Below, one piece after another: positions 27,424 through 37,550 of a stretch of DNA of 64,000 nt (the first letter of the stretch is position 1; each line of letters opens with the position of its first letter). The stretch lies in the NCBI GenBank assembly GCA_003171335.1, contig PMYD01000082.1:2518-66517 (forward strand), given 5' to 3'. The position numbers were made by a program, and so were the translations under genes. The stretch comes from Phycisphaerales bacterium (GTDB lineage: Bacteria > Planctomycetota > Phycisphaerae > SM23-33 > FEN-1343). Under the pieces are notes generated by a model, which worked only from the letters and a program-made list of their open reading frames with translations, was not told the origin of the DNA and made no database searches.

Positions 27424-29247
27424 CTACCGGCGCCGACGCAGAGCGGCCAGGCCGCCCAGTACCAGCAGGCCAATTGTGGCCGGCTCGGGCACAGGGCCGT
27501 AGTTATTCGGATAGTACGTGTTGCTCAGAACCGGATAAGCCGACTGCCACTTCAGGAAGTCCACGCCGTCAATCTTGTTATCCCAAGTGCACTCGCCGTT
27601 GGAGTAGTTGATGTTGAACGGCGGATTGGTCTTGGGATAGCCAGACTGCCACGCCAGGAAGTCGACGCCATCAACCATGCCATCCAGATTGAAGTCGCCC
27701 ACCTTGGTGTGCAGGATCTTCGTAATCAGGTACACTTTGTCGTTGCTGTCGACGATGCCGTCACCGTTCCAGTCCGTCGTGTTGTTGGAGACGTCGTAGC
27801 CGTCGATCTTGCCATCGCCGTTCACGTCGCCATAGGCGGTGATCCCGGTAATGTTGGCCAAGCCGGCGCTCTTGACGATCACGTTGGGGAAGTTGACCTG
27901 CGTGGCGGGGACACCGATAATGCTTACCCCGTTGGCGTCCACGCCGGTCTTGGTCCAGTTGACCGCGCGGATCGCCTTGTCGACCAACCCGGTGTAGGTG
28001 TTGTCGCCAACCACGAAGTTGTTCAGCGTGCCGTACGTGCCGGTGAAGCTGGGCGTCGTGGTCAGGTCGTACGTGGCGCCATCGCTGGTGACGATGTTGA
28101 CCGCACGCTTCATGGTGCCGCCGTTGCCGTCATTCGCAAAGGTGTTGTGGTTGATCCAGATATTGCTGGCGCTGGTGCCGGTGCACAGGGTCACGCCGAT
28201 CCCGGCCTCACCCAGCAGCGTGTCGGCCCAGGGATGCGGGGTGGGGTCGCTTGGCTCCTGGGCCAGGTAGCCGCAGTCCTTGAACGTGTTGGACATGATC
28301 AAGAAGTTGCTGACCGAGGCGTCGGCCGTGGCCGCCGTCCAGTGGCGGGGATAAAACTCAATGCCCACGTTGCCATAGCAGTTGTAGTTGTCGATGCCGG
28401 TGGCCTTGGACATGTTGACGAACACGTTGTTGGTGATGGTCCAGTTGTTGGCCTTGTAGGCATTGAAGACTATGCCGGACTTCATGTTCTGGAAGGTGCA
28501 GCCATCCACCAGGCCGTTGTTGTTCACCGGCCCGGTGCCGGAGATGCGCAGGCCAAACATATCGCCGCCGGTCTGGGGCGTATTGCCGCCGCCGTCAAAC
28601 AGGCAGTTCTGGATGATCAGGGCGTTGGTGCTTTCCTTGGACGTGATGCCGTCGCCCCAGCCGGGTGTCGTCAGGCCCGTCGGTCCAATAAATAAGTTGC
28701 GAGAGGCAGCACGGACGAAAGCCATGTTGTTGAACGTGAAGCCGGGATGCACGGCCGAGCCGGCCACCCCGCCACTCACCTCAATCATGTCGGCACCACT
28801 GTCCTGAACGCGGAAATTCTTCAACGTCATGTAGCCAGGGCCCTGGAGAGTGAGGAACTCGAGGGTGAAGCATTGGTTGTTCGCATCGCGCACGCCCTGC
28901 CAGACCGTGTTGGTGTTGGGGTCAGCGGCGCTGCCCGAACCGTACAGATTGATCGATTTGGTCCAACACCACTGGGGCGAGGCCGGGGAGTTCCCTTGGG
29001 CGGTGTTCCACTCCTGGTACAGGCCCGGACCCATCAGCAGGGTGTCGCCCTCGCTGGCCCAGCCATAGGCCTCGAGGACGGAGCCGTACTCAAGGCCCGT
29101 TGACGCAACGCACACCGCGTTTGGGCCCAGCGTGTCGAGCAGGATGGGGTTGACCACATCGGGCACATTGCCCACCCAGGCCGCCATGGCGCTGGTACTT
29201 ACGATCAGCAACGCCGCTACTGCTCCGATTCCTCTCATCGCTCGCAT
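27424..29247 (-). CDS. PEP-CTERM surface protein with parallel beta-helix and dockerin-like Ca-binding repeats
   Basis: Signal peptide, I.NN.F repeats, GDVNGDGKID / GDFNLDGMVDGVDFLAWQ, VPEPATIGLLVLGGLAALRRRR; AGGAGG RBS. Confidence 0.9.
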   Translation of the reverse strand: MRAMRGIGAVAALLIVSTSAMAAWVGNVPDVVNPILLDTLGPNAVCVASTGLEYGSVLEAYGWASEGDTLLMGPGLYQEWNTAQGNSPASPQWCWTKSINLYGSGSAADPNTNTVWQGVRDANNQCFTLEFLTLQGPGYMTLKNFRVQDSGADMIEVSGGVAGSAVHPGFTFNNMAFVRAASRNLFIGPTGLTTPGWGDGITSKESTNALIIQNCLFDGGGNTPQTGGDMFGLRISGTGPVNNNGLVDGCTFQNMKSGIVFNAYKANNWTITNNVFVNMSKATGIDNYNCYGNVGIEFYPRHWTAATADASVSNFLIMSNTFKDCGYLAQEPSDPTPHPWADTLLGEAGIGVTLCTGTSASNIWINHNTFANDGNGGTMKRAVNIVTSDGATYDLTTTPSFTGTYGTLNNFVVGDNTYTGLVDKAIRAVNWTKTGVDANGVSIIGVPATQVNFPNVIVKSAGLANITGITAYGDVNGDGKIDGYDVSNNTTDWNGDGIVDSNDKVYLITKILHTKVGDFNLDGMVDGVDFLAWQSGYPKTNPPFNINYSNGECTWDNKIDGVDFLKWQSAYPVLSNTYYPNNYGPVPEPATIGLLVLGGLAALRRRR

Positions 29248-29583
29248 AAATGCGCCTCCTTCCAAAGGTGTAAGAAAAACGCCGCAGCGGAAAAAAGGGG
29301 GCATGACAAGCACGTCGGGAGCCCTGCCGCTGCGAAACCTCAACTACAAAGCGATCACTGAGCTGATGGCAAGAGTGACCGAAAGACGTGTAAAGCGGAT
29401 GCGCGATCTTTGGCTTCCTTCTCCTTTCCTCCGGCACGGCGCGAGCTTGCTGACCCAAAAGACGCTGATCACCCGCCCTTTGCAGACCAGGCTACTGAGG
29501 TGCAATCCAAAGTCCGCGCCTGAATCATATCCTATCACGGTTTGGGTTTTTGACAAGCCTTTTTTGCCCTGCCGCCCGCCCCA

Positions 29584-29611
29584 TTGACGCCCCGCCGGCC
29601 AGAGGTAGAAT
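29584..29611 (+). promoter_or_regulatory. Putative sigma70 promoter
   Basis: TTGACG-N16-TAGAAT about 55 bp upstream of ATG 29667. Confidence 0.55.
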
Positions 29612-29666
29612 CGCTCCCTGCAATTGCGCCCTGCCCCGCACCTAACTGCAATTGAAGGGATGTACG

Positions 29667-32195
29667 ATGAAAGCCATCCGCCTTGCCGGATCCCTCGCCG
29701 CCGCCTGCGTTCTCCTGGTTCTCACCGCCGGTCGCTGTCTCGGCGATGCCGGCCGGGAGATTCCCGTTCCCGCCGGCGGCTATCCGAAAATCCAACCGGT
29801 CAAGGCGGGCGATGCCCAGCCGCGGATCAAGAGCGGCCAGCCGGTGAAGGTGCCCACGTACACGGTGGCCGACGCGGGCTCATTTGACGCCGACGCCAGC
29901 GTGGTGCTCAACTCCTTCGATTCGGTCCGCGGCTTTGAGACGGTGTATATGGGCATCTCCTCCAGCGATCCCAAGCGCGGCGCCCGCGTGGCGGTGTATT
30001 CGTTCGCCTCGCGCAAGGTCGTCACGCTGCTGGCGGATGTAAACACGCTGATCGAGGGCGCCGCCGGCAACGAGCGGCTCAGTCAGAGCACCATCGCCGG
30101 CGATTTCTGCCGCTTCCAGAACGGCCAGAAGGTGTACTTCGCCACCGGGCAGACCAAACCCAAGCCGGAATTTGCCGGCGGGCACCTGATCGAGTTTGAC
30201 GTGGCCTTCAAGAGCTTCCGCGACCTGGGCATCCTTGCCCCCGGCGGGTCGGTGAAAAGCCTGGCGGGGCTGGACCGCACGCACCTGCTGGCGGTGGTGG
30301 AGATGGCCGGCAGCGGCGAAACACGCGTGTACCAGGTCACGCTGGTCGGCGGGGTTCAGTCGCGCGGCGGGCGCAGCATGATCTACGAGCCGACGCCGCA
30401 GTCGCAGCCGGCGGCCACGATCGAGGTCGAGGACACCCAGGTCCGCGATGTGGTGGATTTCTGGCCGGCCGGGCAGAACGCCTGGTATCTCAGCGGCCGC
30501 CAGGCGCCGCTGCGGATCTGGCACACGGGCGAGGACCGGCCGGCGGAGAATCCCCAGCCGGTGGCGATCCACTCCGGCCCCGATGGCCAGGACCCCGCCA
30601 AACTCGGCCCGGCCTACTGGATTACCGGCTTTGACCGCGGTTTTTTCCCCGGCCAGTCGGTGCTGCTGGAGGCCCAGGATGGACCCTATTCGCTGGTGGC
30701 GGCGCCCAAGGAGCTGGCACCGCTGATCGCCGACACGCGCCCCGAATGTGTGGCCTGGATTCGCTGCCGCCACTGGGTCGGCCCGGCCTATCCGGATAGC
30801 CCGCAGCGCCAGGGCGTGCTGTACATGGCCCGCAGCGGCCAGGCCGGTGCGGCCGACCTGGCCGTGTACGCGGCGGCGGAAAAGACGCCGCGGCATTACC
30901 CCATCGTCGATGCCGCCAGCGGCAAGCCCATGCAAAAGCCGCTGGGCATGGTCTTGAATACGCTTAACGACCTGCTTGTCGTCGGCGAGGTCAACGGCCA
31001 ATTGCGGGCGGCCGAGGTGGATGATGTGTTCCTGGATGAAGTGATCGCCATGGACGATGCCCTGGCCCAGAAACTGGCCGCGGCGGATGGCCGGCCCATC
31101 GTTAAGGTGACCGCCTACAGCCTCACCGCCCTGGATGTGGCGCAGGACCGGCCGTACGATGCGCTGACCGTCGCCTCCGACGGCACGGTGTACGGCGGCA
31201 CGATGCCGCACCACCCCACCGCCAGCACGCTGATCGTCCGCTACGACCCCAAGGCGGAGGCGCTGGAGAACCTGGGCTACATCGATGCGCTGGCCGGCCA
31301 GAACAAGCCCACGGATGTGCCCAGCATGATGCACTCGGCGCCGGTGCAGGTCGGCCAGTACATGTGCTTCACGGGCCAGGACCCCTTCTACGGCTCCGCC
31401 TGGCGCTTCCCGGAACTGCCGGCCAAGAACGCCTACGCCGGCTCGCACGTCATCGGCTTTAACCTCAAGACACACGTCCTGCGCGACTTTGGCATTCCGG
31501 AGGCCGGCTTGTCCATGTTCTGGAACGGCGCCGACGCCAACAGCGACTGGCTGTACCTGCGATCGTTCTACGAACGCGGCCCGATGTACCGCATTAACCT
31601 GGCGACGGGCAAGGTGGACGACCTGGAGCTGAATTGCCCATCGCACATCTTCATCATCGCACCCGATGGCACGTTGTATTACTCCGACCACGGCTCACTG
31701 ATCGCCTTCGACCCGCAGACGCACCAGAAGGAACCGATCCTGGACTCGTGGGATGCGCAGTGGATGAAGGGCCAGGATGGCCAGGAGGAGGCCCTGGCCC
31801 TGGCAGGCGATCAGGTGGTCAGCTTCAACACGAAGACCCACGCGGTCCGCAAGCTCATGAAAATCGAGATGCCCAATGCCCTGGGCGGCGATCAGGCCAG
31901 CGGATACGGGGTGATCTGCCAGGCCCACATCATCCGTCCCCAAGGCATGCGGCTGACGCACCTGGTGACCGCCCGCCTGGAAGACAAGGACAAGAAAGAC
32001 CATGGTTTCCTGATGGACCAGAAGGGCCGCATCTGCAGCGAGATCAATGCCGTGGCCATTGGCAACGACAACACGATCTACGCCATCGGCCAGTTCTGGC
32101 CCAAAGTGGGCGACCCGGTGGCGCTGCGCGAGCGGCCGCCGTACCGCGATCTGGGCGATGATTGCTTCATCGTGGTCAAGGGGCTAAAGCCGTGA
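29667..32195 (+). CDS. Large exported hypothetical protein, probable beta-propeller
   Basis: Signal peptide; repeated ASDGTVYGG / APDGTLYY / RYDP / DLG motifs. Confidence 0.7.
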   Translation: MKAIRLAGSLAAACVLLVLTAGRCLGDAGREIPVPAGGYPKIQPVKAGDAQPRIKSGQPVKVPTYTVADAGSFDADASVVLNSFDSVRGFETVYMGISSSDPKRGARVAVYSFASRKVVTLLADVNTLIEGAAGNERLSQSTIAGDFCRFQNGQKVYFATGQTKPKPEFAGGHLIEFDVAFKSFRDLGILAPGGSVKSLAGLDRTHLLAVVEMAGSGETRVYQVTLVGGVQSRGGRSMIYEPTPQSQPAATIEVEDTQVRDVVDFWPAGQNAWYLSGRQAPLRIWHTGEDRPAENPQPVAIHSGPDGQDPAKLGPAYWITGFDRGFFPGQSVLLEAQDGPYSLVAAPKELAPLIADTRPECVAWIRCRHWVGPAYPDSPQRQGVLYMARSGQAGAADLAVYAAAEKTPRHYPIVDAASGKPMQKPLGMVLNTLNDLLVVGEVNGQLRAAEVDDVFLDEVIAMDDALAQKLAAADGRPIVKVTAYSLTALDVAQDRPYDALTVASDGTVYGGTMPHHPTASTLIVRYDPKAEALENLGYIDALAGQNKPTDVPSMMHSAPVQVGQYMCFTGQDPFYGSAWRFPELPAKNAYAGSHVIGFNLKTHVLRDFGIPEAGLSMFWNGADANSDWLYLRSFYERGPMYRINLATGKVDDLELNCPSHIFIIAPDGTLYYSDHGSLIAFDPQTHQKEPILDSWDAQWMKGQDGQEEALALAGDQVVSFNTKTHAVRKLMKIEMPNALGGDQASGYGVICQAHIIRPQGMRLTHLVTARLEDKDKKDHGFLMDQKGRICSEINAVAIGNDNTIYAIGQFWPKVGDPVALRERPPYRDLGDDCFIVVKGLKP

Positions 32196-32199
32196 AAGC

Positions 32200-32322
32200 C
32201 GTAGCACGGGCGTCTCGCCCGTGAGTAGCACGGCCATCTTGGCCGTGTTTTCGGCAGTCTTTCTTCGATTCGCCACGGGCGAGACGCCCGTGGAACTCAT
32301 GGGCGAGACGCCCATGCTACGC
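32200..32322. repeat. REP cluster CACGGGCGAGACGCCCGTG
   Basis: Matches 6769-6922. Confidence 0.85.
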
Positions 32323-32470
32323 CGCAATTCCGGCATCGGCCAGACCGGAAATTCCATTTTTTCTTAAGAAAAACTAACATTTTTGTTCTTCCTTCCGCCT
32401 CAGCCCAGTAACATGCAAAAGCCTACCTGCCATAGGAGCGGTTCCTAGGCGAAGGAAGTTTGGTGTTGCG

Positions 32471-33574
32471 ATGTCCGCTACACGCATAGCCACGTTTTCC
32501 CTGATATCGCTGTTCGCGTTGCGGTTCTGCGCGTTGGCGCAGGGACCGGCGACGCCGCCGCCGGCCAGCACGCAGCCGGCGGACCAGGTGAACCCGTGGG
32601 TGGCGGCGGCGCCGGCGCCGGGGCCGGAGCTGTGCCAGTGCGAATCCGCCGAGTGCACGTCGCTGTCGCAGATTTCGTCGGTGGCGCTGCATCCCTTCGC
32701 CAGCGAGCACTTCGTGGTCCTCCACGCCGCCCAGGATACCTGGGGCCGCCGCGTGGCCGGACTGCTGGAAAAAGCCAACACCGAGTTCTACGCCTCGATC
32801 CGCAAGGCGGGCTACGATGCCCAGCCGCTGCCCAACCGGCTCATTTGGGTCTGTTTCCGCGGCATGGACGATTTTGAGCAGTACAGCCGGCAGAATGACC
32901 AGATCGATATGTCGTGGACGGATGGGTACTATTCCGCCCGCACCAACCGCGTGGCGCTGATGCTGCCGGCCGGTGCGGCTGTGCGCCAGGGCGACGGCGT
33001 CGAGGTGGCCGCCGCCGCCCGCGTGGCGCAATTCGGTCCCCAGCCCGACACGCGGCCGGCCGGCGAGGACCGGCTCGACCAGCGCTGGATCACGCATGAG
33101 CTGGCCCACCAGTTGTCCTTCAACTACGGCCTGCAGAAACGCGGCGTCATGTACCCGCTGTGGCTGTCGGAGGGGCTGGCCACGAATTTCGAGGCCGACA
33201 ACCAGGGCCGGTTTGGCTTTGGCCGCGACAACACCCCGCGCCGCCGCTCGCTGCTGAGCGCCTACACGCACGGCCGGCTGACCCCGCTGCGCCGCTTCGT
33301 CGCGATGGACCGGCTGGAGTCTTCCGGCGAGGCGCAGGCCCGCCAGGACTACGCCGAATGCTGGGGCCTGTACCGCTTCCTCAGCCAGCAGCGGCCCGAC
33401 CAGTTGCGGCAGTACCTGCTGACGCTCAAGGCGCTCGACAGCGGCAACCGCGAGGGCGCCGTGCTGCGCCGCGAGTTCGTCGAGGCCTTCGGCCCCATCG
33501 AGCAGATGCAAAGCGATTGGGAAGACTGGCTGGATGGTTTAGTAGTCGCAGCGGCCAAGAACGCCAAGCCGTAA
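32471..33574 (+). CDS. DUF1570 family zinc metallopeptidase-like exported protein
   Basis: GYYSARTNR, THELAHQLSFN, PLWLSEGLATNFE, YAECWGL. Confidence 0.85.
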   Translation: MSATRIATFSLISLFALRFCALAQGPATPPPASTQPADQVNPWVAAAPAPGPELCQCESAECTSLSQISSVALHPFASEHFVVLHAAQDTWGRRVAGLLEKANTEFYASIRKAGYDAQPLPNRLIWVCFRGMDDFEQYSRQNDQIDMSWTDGYYSARTNRVALMLPAGAAVRQGDGVEVAAAARVAQFGPQPDTRPAGEDRLDQRWITHELAHQLSFNYGLQKRGVMYPLWLSEGLATNFEADNQGRFGFGRDNTPRRRSLLSAYTHGRLTPLRRFVAMDRLESSGEAQARQDYAECWGLYRFLSQQRPDQLRQYLLTLKALDSGNREGAVLRREFVEAFGPIEQMQSDWEDWLDGLVVAAAKNAKP

Positions 33575-33575
33575 C

Positions 33576-33743
33576 GGCAAATCCCAAATTCCAAATCCCA
33601 AATCCCAAACAAGCACCAAATCCCAAGCTCCAAACGCTGCGCCGATAGTCCTGCTTGATTCCAGCGGAACGCTCGCGGGCAAAGTTTGGAATTTGGTGCT
33701 TGGAATTTGTTTGGGATTTGGGATTTGGAATTTGGGATTTGCC
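33576..33743. repeat. AAATCCC heptamer inverted repeat element
   Basis: Begins directly after the DUF1570 stop codon. Confidence 0.9.
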
Positions 33744-33887
33744 TCTACGCGGCACCTTTCCGTTTGCCTGGCCCCTTCAGCGCTACACTTCCCTGATGGG
33801 AACGAGTCCCCCCTCAGACGGACCTATGAGGCGGCCGAGTGGCCGCCGTGGGGACAGGGGACGTTGTCTAACGAAAGGGAACACGCC

Positions 33888-35777
33888 ATGCGTACGTGGA
33901 GCAAGAGGCCTGCCCGGTGGATGGTCATCTTCGGCTTGCTGATAGCCGCGATGGCCGCCTACACCGTGTACGGCCAGGAGACCGGCCGCCCAAGCGGCCA
34001 GATGTCGGGGCAGCCGGGCATGACTGGCCAGGCCGGCACGGCCGGACAGCCGGGCATGACCGGCCAGGCGATGCAGTACAGCCCCAAGCTCGTCAACGCC
34101 AATAAAGTCATTGGCAAGAGTGTGCAGGACAACAAGGGGCAGAAGATCGGGACCGTCGAGGATGTCGTGCTGGACAACAACCGGCAACGCGTCAACTTCG
34201 TGGTGCTCTCCACGGGCGGCGTTCTGGGCATGGGCGAGAAGTACTTCGCCGTGCCGTGGCATGCGGTAAGCATTCCGCAGGGCGATGGGCCGGTGGTGCT
34301 CAACGCCTCCAAGGACCAGGTGAATGGCGCCCCGCAGTTCGACAAGGGCCACTGGCCCGGCAGCGGCGACCCGCTGTGGCGCCAGTCCATGCAGTATTGG
34401 CACCAGCAGATGGGCATGACCGGCGGGATGACCGGCGGCAGGATGGGCGGGCGTGAATGGAAAGGCGGCCAAAGCAGCGGCGGCTCCTCCTCCGATTCCG
34501 GCTCCGGCGGCAGCGCGGGTGCTGCGGCTGGCGGAACAGCCGGCCAGAGTGGCATGGGCGCTGGCGGAACCACCGGTGACCAGAGCGGCATGGGAACTGC
34601 CGGAACCTCCGGCGGCCAGAGCGGCATGGGTACCGGCGGAACCTCCGGTGACCAGAGCGCCAAGGGCACCGGGGGAACCTCCGGCGACCAGAGCGGCGTG
34701 GGAAGCGCCGGAACCTCCGGCAGTCCCAGTGGCATGGCCGGCAAGTCGGGCACGTATGGCGACGTCAATCCGTCAGGCGATTCCAGCGGCATGTCCAATC
34801 GCGGCTGGAGCAGCGAAGATCAGATGGGTATGGAGCAGGGCAACCCAAGCCCGATGAAGTATCGCCGGCTCACCCAGATCATCGGCCTGAACGTCAAGGA
34901 CTACCGCGGCGATCAGATCGGTGAGATCGAGAACGTCATGATCGATGCCGATCACGGCGTCGTGGCCTACGGCATCATCGGCCACGGCGGCTTCCTGAAG
35001 ATCGGCGAGAAGATCACCCCGGTGCCCTGGACGGCGGTGCAGGTGAATCCGCAGAACGAGGTGGCCCGCATCTCCACCGATCGTCAGACGATCGACCGCC
35101 TGGCGATCAGCGAAGATCAGCTCAGCCAGCTCTCCAACCCGGATTTCTCCAACAAGCTGGCCCGCGACTTCGGGCAGGAGCCTTATTGGGTGACCTACGG
35201 CTACGTCTCGCCCGAAGGCGGCGGTGCCCAGGGCTCGTTTGATGCCTGGCGCGCGGGTAGCGCCTACAACCGCAACTTCCAGGCCGGCAAGATCGAGCAT
35301 TACACCGGCACCGTCGAAGGCGTAGGCACCTTTACGCCCGAGCGCGGAAGCGCCGAAGGCCTGCGCTTGCGCGTCCGCACGGACCAGGGCCAGACCATCA
35401 CGGTTCATGCCGGCCCCTGGGCCTATGCCCAGCAGCAGGGCTTCAGCAGCCTGTATGGCCAGAAGATCACCGTCACCGGCGCGCGCAGCACGGTCAACGG
35501 CCGCGATGTGCTGATGGCCACGAAGATCGAGGCCAGCGGCAAGACCTGGGAGCTGCGCGATGAAAGCGGCACGCCCAAGTGGAACGTGGACCAGCTCCAG
35601 TCCCAGATGGGCGGGAAGATGGGCGAGCGCTACACCGGCGGCCGCACAGGGGAACAGATGACCCCTGGCGGCAGCGCCAAGCCCGGTGATCAGGCGGCGC
35701 CCGGTGGTTCGAGCGACCAGGGCACCGGCGGCAGCACCGGCAAGACCGGCAATGCCAGCCCCTGGAGCGCCGGCTGA
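33888..35777 (+). CDS. Exported protein with two PRC-barrel domains, Gly/Ser repeat linker and C-terminal OB-like domain
   Basis: IGKSV.D..G.KIGTVEDV..GGVLGMGEKYFAVPW pattern twice; QSGMGxxGTSG 12-aa repeats. Confidence 0.85.
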   Translation: MRTWSKRPARWMVIFGLLIAAMAAYTVYGQETGRPSGQMSGQPGMTGQAGTAGQPGMTGQAMQYSPKLVNANKVIGKSVQDNKGQKIGTVEDVVLDNNRQRVNFVVLSTGGVLGMGEKYFAVPWHAVSIPQGDGPVVLNASKDQVNGAPQFDKGHWPGSGDPLWRQSMQYWHQQMGMTGGMTGGRMGGREWKGGQSSGGSSSDSGSGGSAGAAAGGTAGQSGMGAGGTTGDQSGMGTAGTSGGQSGMGTGGTSGDQSAKGTGGTSGDQSGVGSAGTSGSPSGMAGKSGTYGDVNPSGDSSGMSNRGWSSEDQMGMEQGNPSPMKYRRLTQIIGLNVKDYRGDQIGEIENVMIDADHGVVAYGIIGHGGFLKIGEKITPVPWTAVQVNPQNEVARISTDRQTIDRLAISEDQLSQLSNPDFSNKLARDFGQEPYWVTYGYVSPEGGGAQGSFDAWRAGSAYNRNFQAGKIEHYTGTVEGVGTFTPERGSAEGLRLRVRTDQGQTITVHAGPWAYAQQQGFSSLYGQKITVTGARSTVNGRDVLMATKIEASGKTWELRDESGTPKWNVDQLQSQMGGKMGERYTGGRTGEQMTPGGSAKPGDQAAPGGSSDQGTGGSTGKTGNASPWSAG

Positions 35778-35995
35778 GTAAATGGGCCTTGACTTGGATG
35801 GCGGTGACCGGAGCGGCTGCCTTTTTGCCCGCGACGATGCGGCGCAGGCTTGTGAGCCTGCGTTCCCGGGGGCAAGGCCTAGCGGCTCGAGGGACTCGTC
35901 CCTGGCGGGGAGGGCTTTACCCGCCCTCCCCGCCACGTCGCTGCCAATAATATGAGCGAGTACGGTGGATGGCCGCAAATGACGGAGTGAACGAA

Positions 35996-36319
35996 ATGGC
36001 CCAGACCGATGACAACGTCGAGGAGGAACTTCAGGCGGTTAAGGAAGACCTGAACTCTCTTCACAAAGATGTCCAGGCGCTATTAGGCGCTCTTGGCAGT
36101 GAAAAGGAAACCACGATGCGTGACTTCAAAGAGAGATTGGCCGACCGGGCCCGCGTGCGTGCCGAACAGATCCGACGGTCCCTTGAACAGGCTGCCCGGC
36201 ATTGCAGCCGGGTCGGCGAAAACATCCAGCGCCACATGAGCCAACATCCGGTGAAGTCGGTACTTATCGCCTTGGCGGCCGGGGCCTTGCTGGGCCGCCT
36301 GATCGGGAGAGAAAGATGA
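35996..36319 (+). CDS. ElaB/YqjD/DUF883-like protein
   Basis: Coiled N-terminus; HPVKSVLIALAAGALLGRL tail. Confidence 0.8.
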   Translation: MAQTDDNVEEELQAVKEDLNSLHKDVQALLGALGSEKETTMRDFKERLADRARVRAEQIRRSLEQAARHCSRVGENIQRHMSQHPVKSVLIALAAGALLGRLIGRER

Positions 36320-36591
36320 GGGCTGTTGCGGACTTGGTGATCCGCCTGGTGGACCTGATCGAGGCCCAGGCCTACAAGATACGCAAGGACCTGCTCAAGA
36401 CCGCCTCGGCGCTTATCGCGGTCCGCATGGCCTTCTGGATGCTGTTCGTCAGCTTGAGTCTGGGATTGGCTGCGGCGTTTCTGGGAATGCTTACGGTGCT
36501 GTCGCCGCCCCTGGCGGCCCTGCTGACAGGGGCGGCGGCTTTGCTACTGGCGGGAATCCTGGCGGGAGTGGCCCGATGGCTCGAGCATTAG
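36316..36591 (+). CDS. YqjE/holin-like membrane protein
   Basis: ATGA-coupled to DUF883 gene; two TM helices. Confidence 0.65.
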   Translation: MRAVADLVIRLVDLIEAQAYKIRKDLLKTASALIAVRMAFWMLFVSLSLGLAAAFLGMLTVLSPPLAALLTGAAALLLAGILAGVARWLEH

Positions 36592-36842
36592 ACCTGGAGG
36601 AGGCCAAGGAGCGATTTCGCCAGGCCGCCGAGAAACTCGGCGACCAAACCCTGGGCGCGTTCCTGAACACGCCGGCGCGCAGCGCCGTCTGGGCCGCGGT
36701 CGGGGCCGCCGGACTGGGTGTGCTCCTGGGCCGCGGCGGCGGATTGCGAAAAACCTTACTGGCCGCCCTGCCCATGCTGCTGCAACTGGCGGGGCAATTG
36801 GAGACGAAGGAGAATGATGCCTCTTCCGAGCGTAACAGCTAA
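36576..36842 (+). CDS. Small hypothetical membrane protein
   Basis: Overlapping operon member with one TM helix. Confidence 0.55.
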   Translation: MARALDLEEAKERFRQAAEKLGDQTLGAFLNTPARSAVWAAVGAAGLGVLLGRGGGLRKTLLAALPMLLQLAGQLETKENDASSERNS

Positions 36843-36909
36843 TAGACATGGAAACAATTTCCATGTCATTTAGTCGTAACGGGGACTCCGCGGGCACAGC
36901 CGCGCAGAT

Positions 36910-37320
36910 CTATTCCCCCATCACGCGAACAATCGCCTTGCGATTCCTGGGCCCGTCGAATTCGCAGAAAAAAACGCCCTGCCAGGTGCCCAAGACCAGC
37001 CGGCCATCCTCCACCAGCAGCGTTTGAGTGCATCCAACCAGTGAGCTCTTGACATGGGCGGCGGAGTTGCCCTCGCCGTGGCGATAGAACTCCTGCCGCC
37101 AGGGAATGGCCTCTTCCAGGGCCGCCAGAATATCGTGCGGCACATCCGCATCGGCATTCTCGTTGACGGTCACGCCGGCCGTCGTGTGCGGCACATGCAC
37201 CACGGCCAGGCCCTGCCTGATGCCGCTGGCGACCACCACCTCGGCCACCTGCGCGGTGATATCGAGCATCTGGGAATGCTCGCTCGTCCTGACCGTGATC
37301 TCTTGCGTGTGCGTCTTCAT
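36910..37320 (-). CDS. yjbQ: YjbQ/UPF0047 family protein
   Basis: PHTTAGVTVNENAD, HGEGNSAAHVKS, LGTWQGVFFCEFDGPR. Confidence 0.92.
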   Translation of the reverse strand: MKTHTQEITVRTSEHSQMLDITAQVAEVVVASGIRQGLAVVHVPHTTAGVTVNENADADVPHDILAALEEAIPWRQEFYRHGEGNSAAHVKSSLVGCTQTLLVEDGRLVLGTWQGVFFCEFDGPRNRKAIVRVMGE

Positions 37321-37322
37321 GC

Positions 37323-37469
37323 CGGGTGCCGTGGCTGCATCTTTTTGCAGCCACGTGTTATGAGAACGAGCTTACGAATCCAGCGGCATCTTCTCGCAGC
37401 CGCGCTGACGCGCGAGAAGAGCAACCTTCGCCGACGCGTGGCTGCAAAAAAACGCAGCCACGGCACCCA
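37323..37469. repeat. REP-like element GGGTGCCGTGGCTGC...GCAGCCACGGCACCC
   Basis: Matches 5797-5959. Confidence 0.8.
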
Positions 37470-37550
37470 GCAATTCTCTTTTTACCCAAGGGTGCTCGGC
37501 GTGGCGCGACCTTCGGCGCCTCCAGCCTCCAGCCTCCAGCCTCCAGCCTC

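Noticed and set aside
29280-29530. Riboswitch upstream of the PEP-CTERM gene
   Set aside because: No recognisable aptamer consensus on either strand
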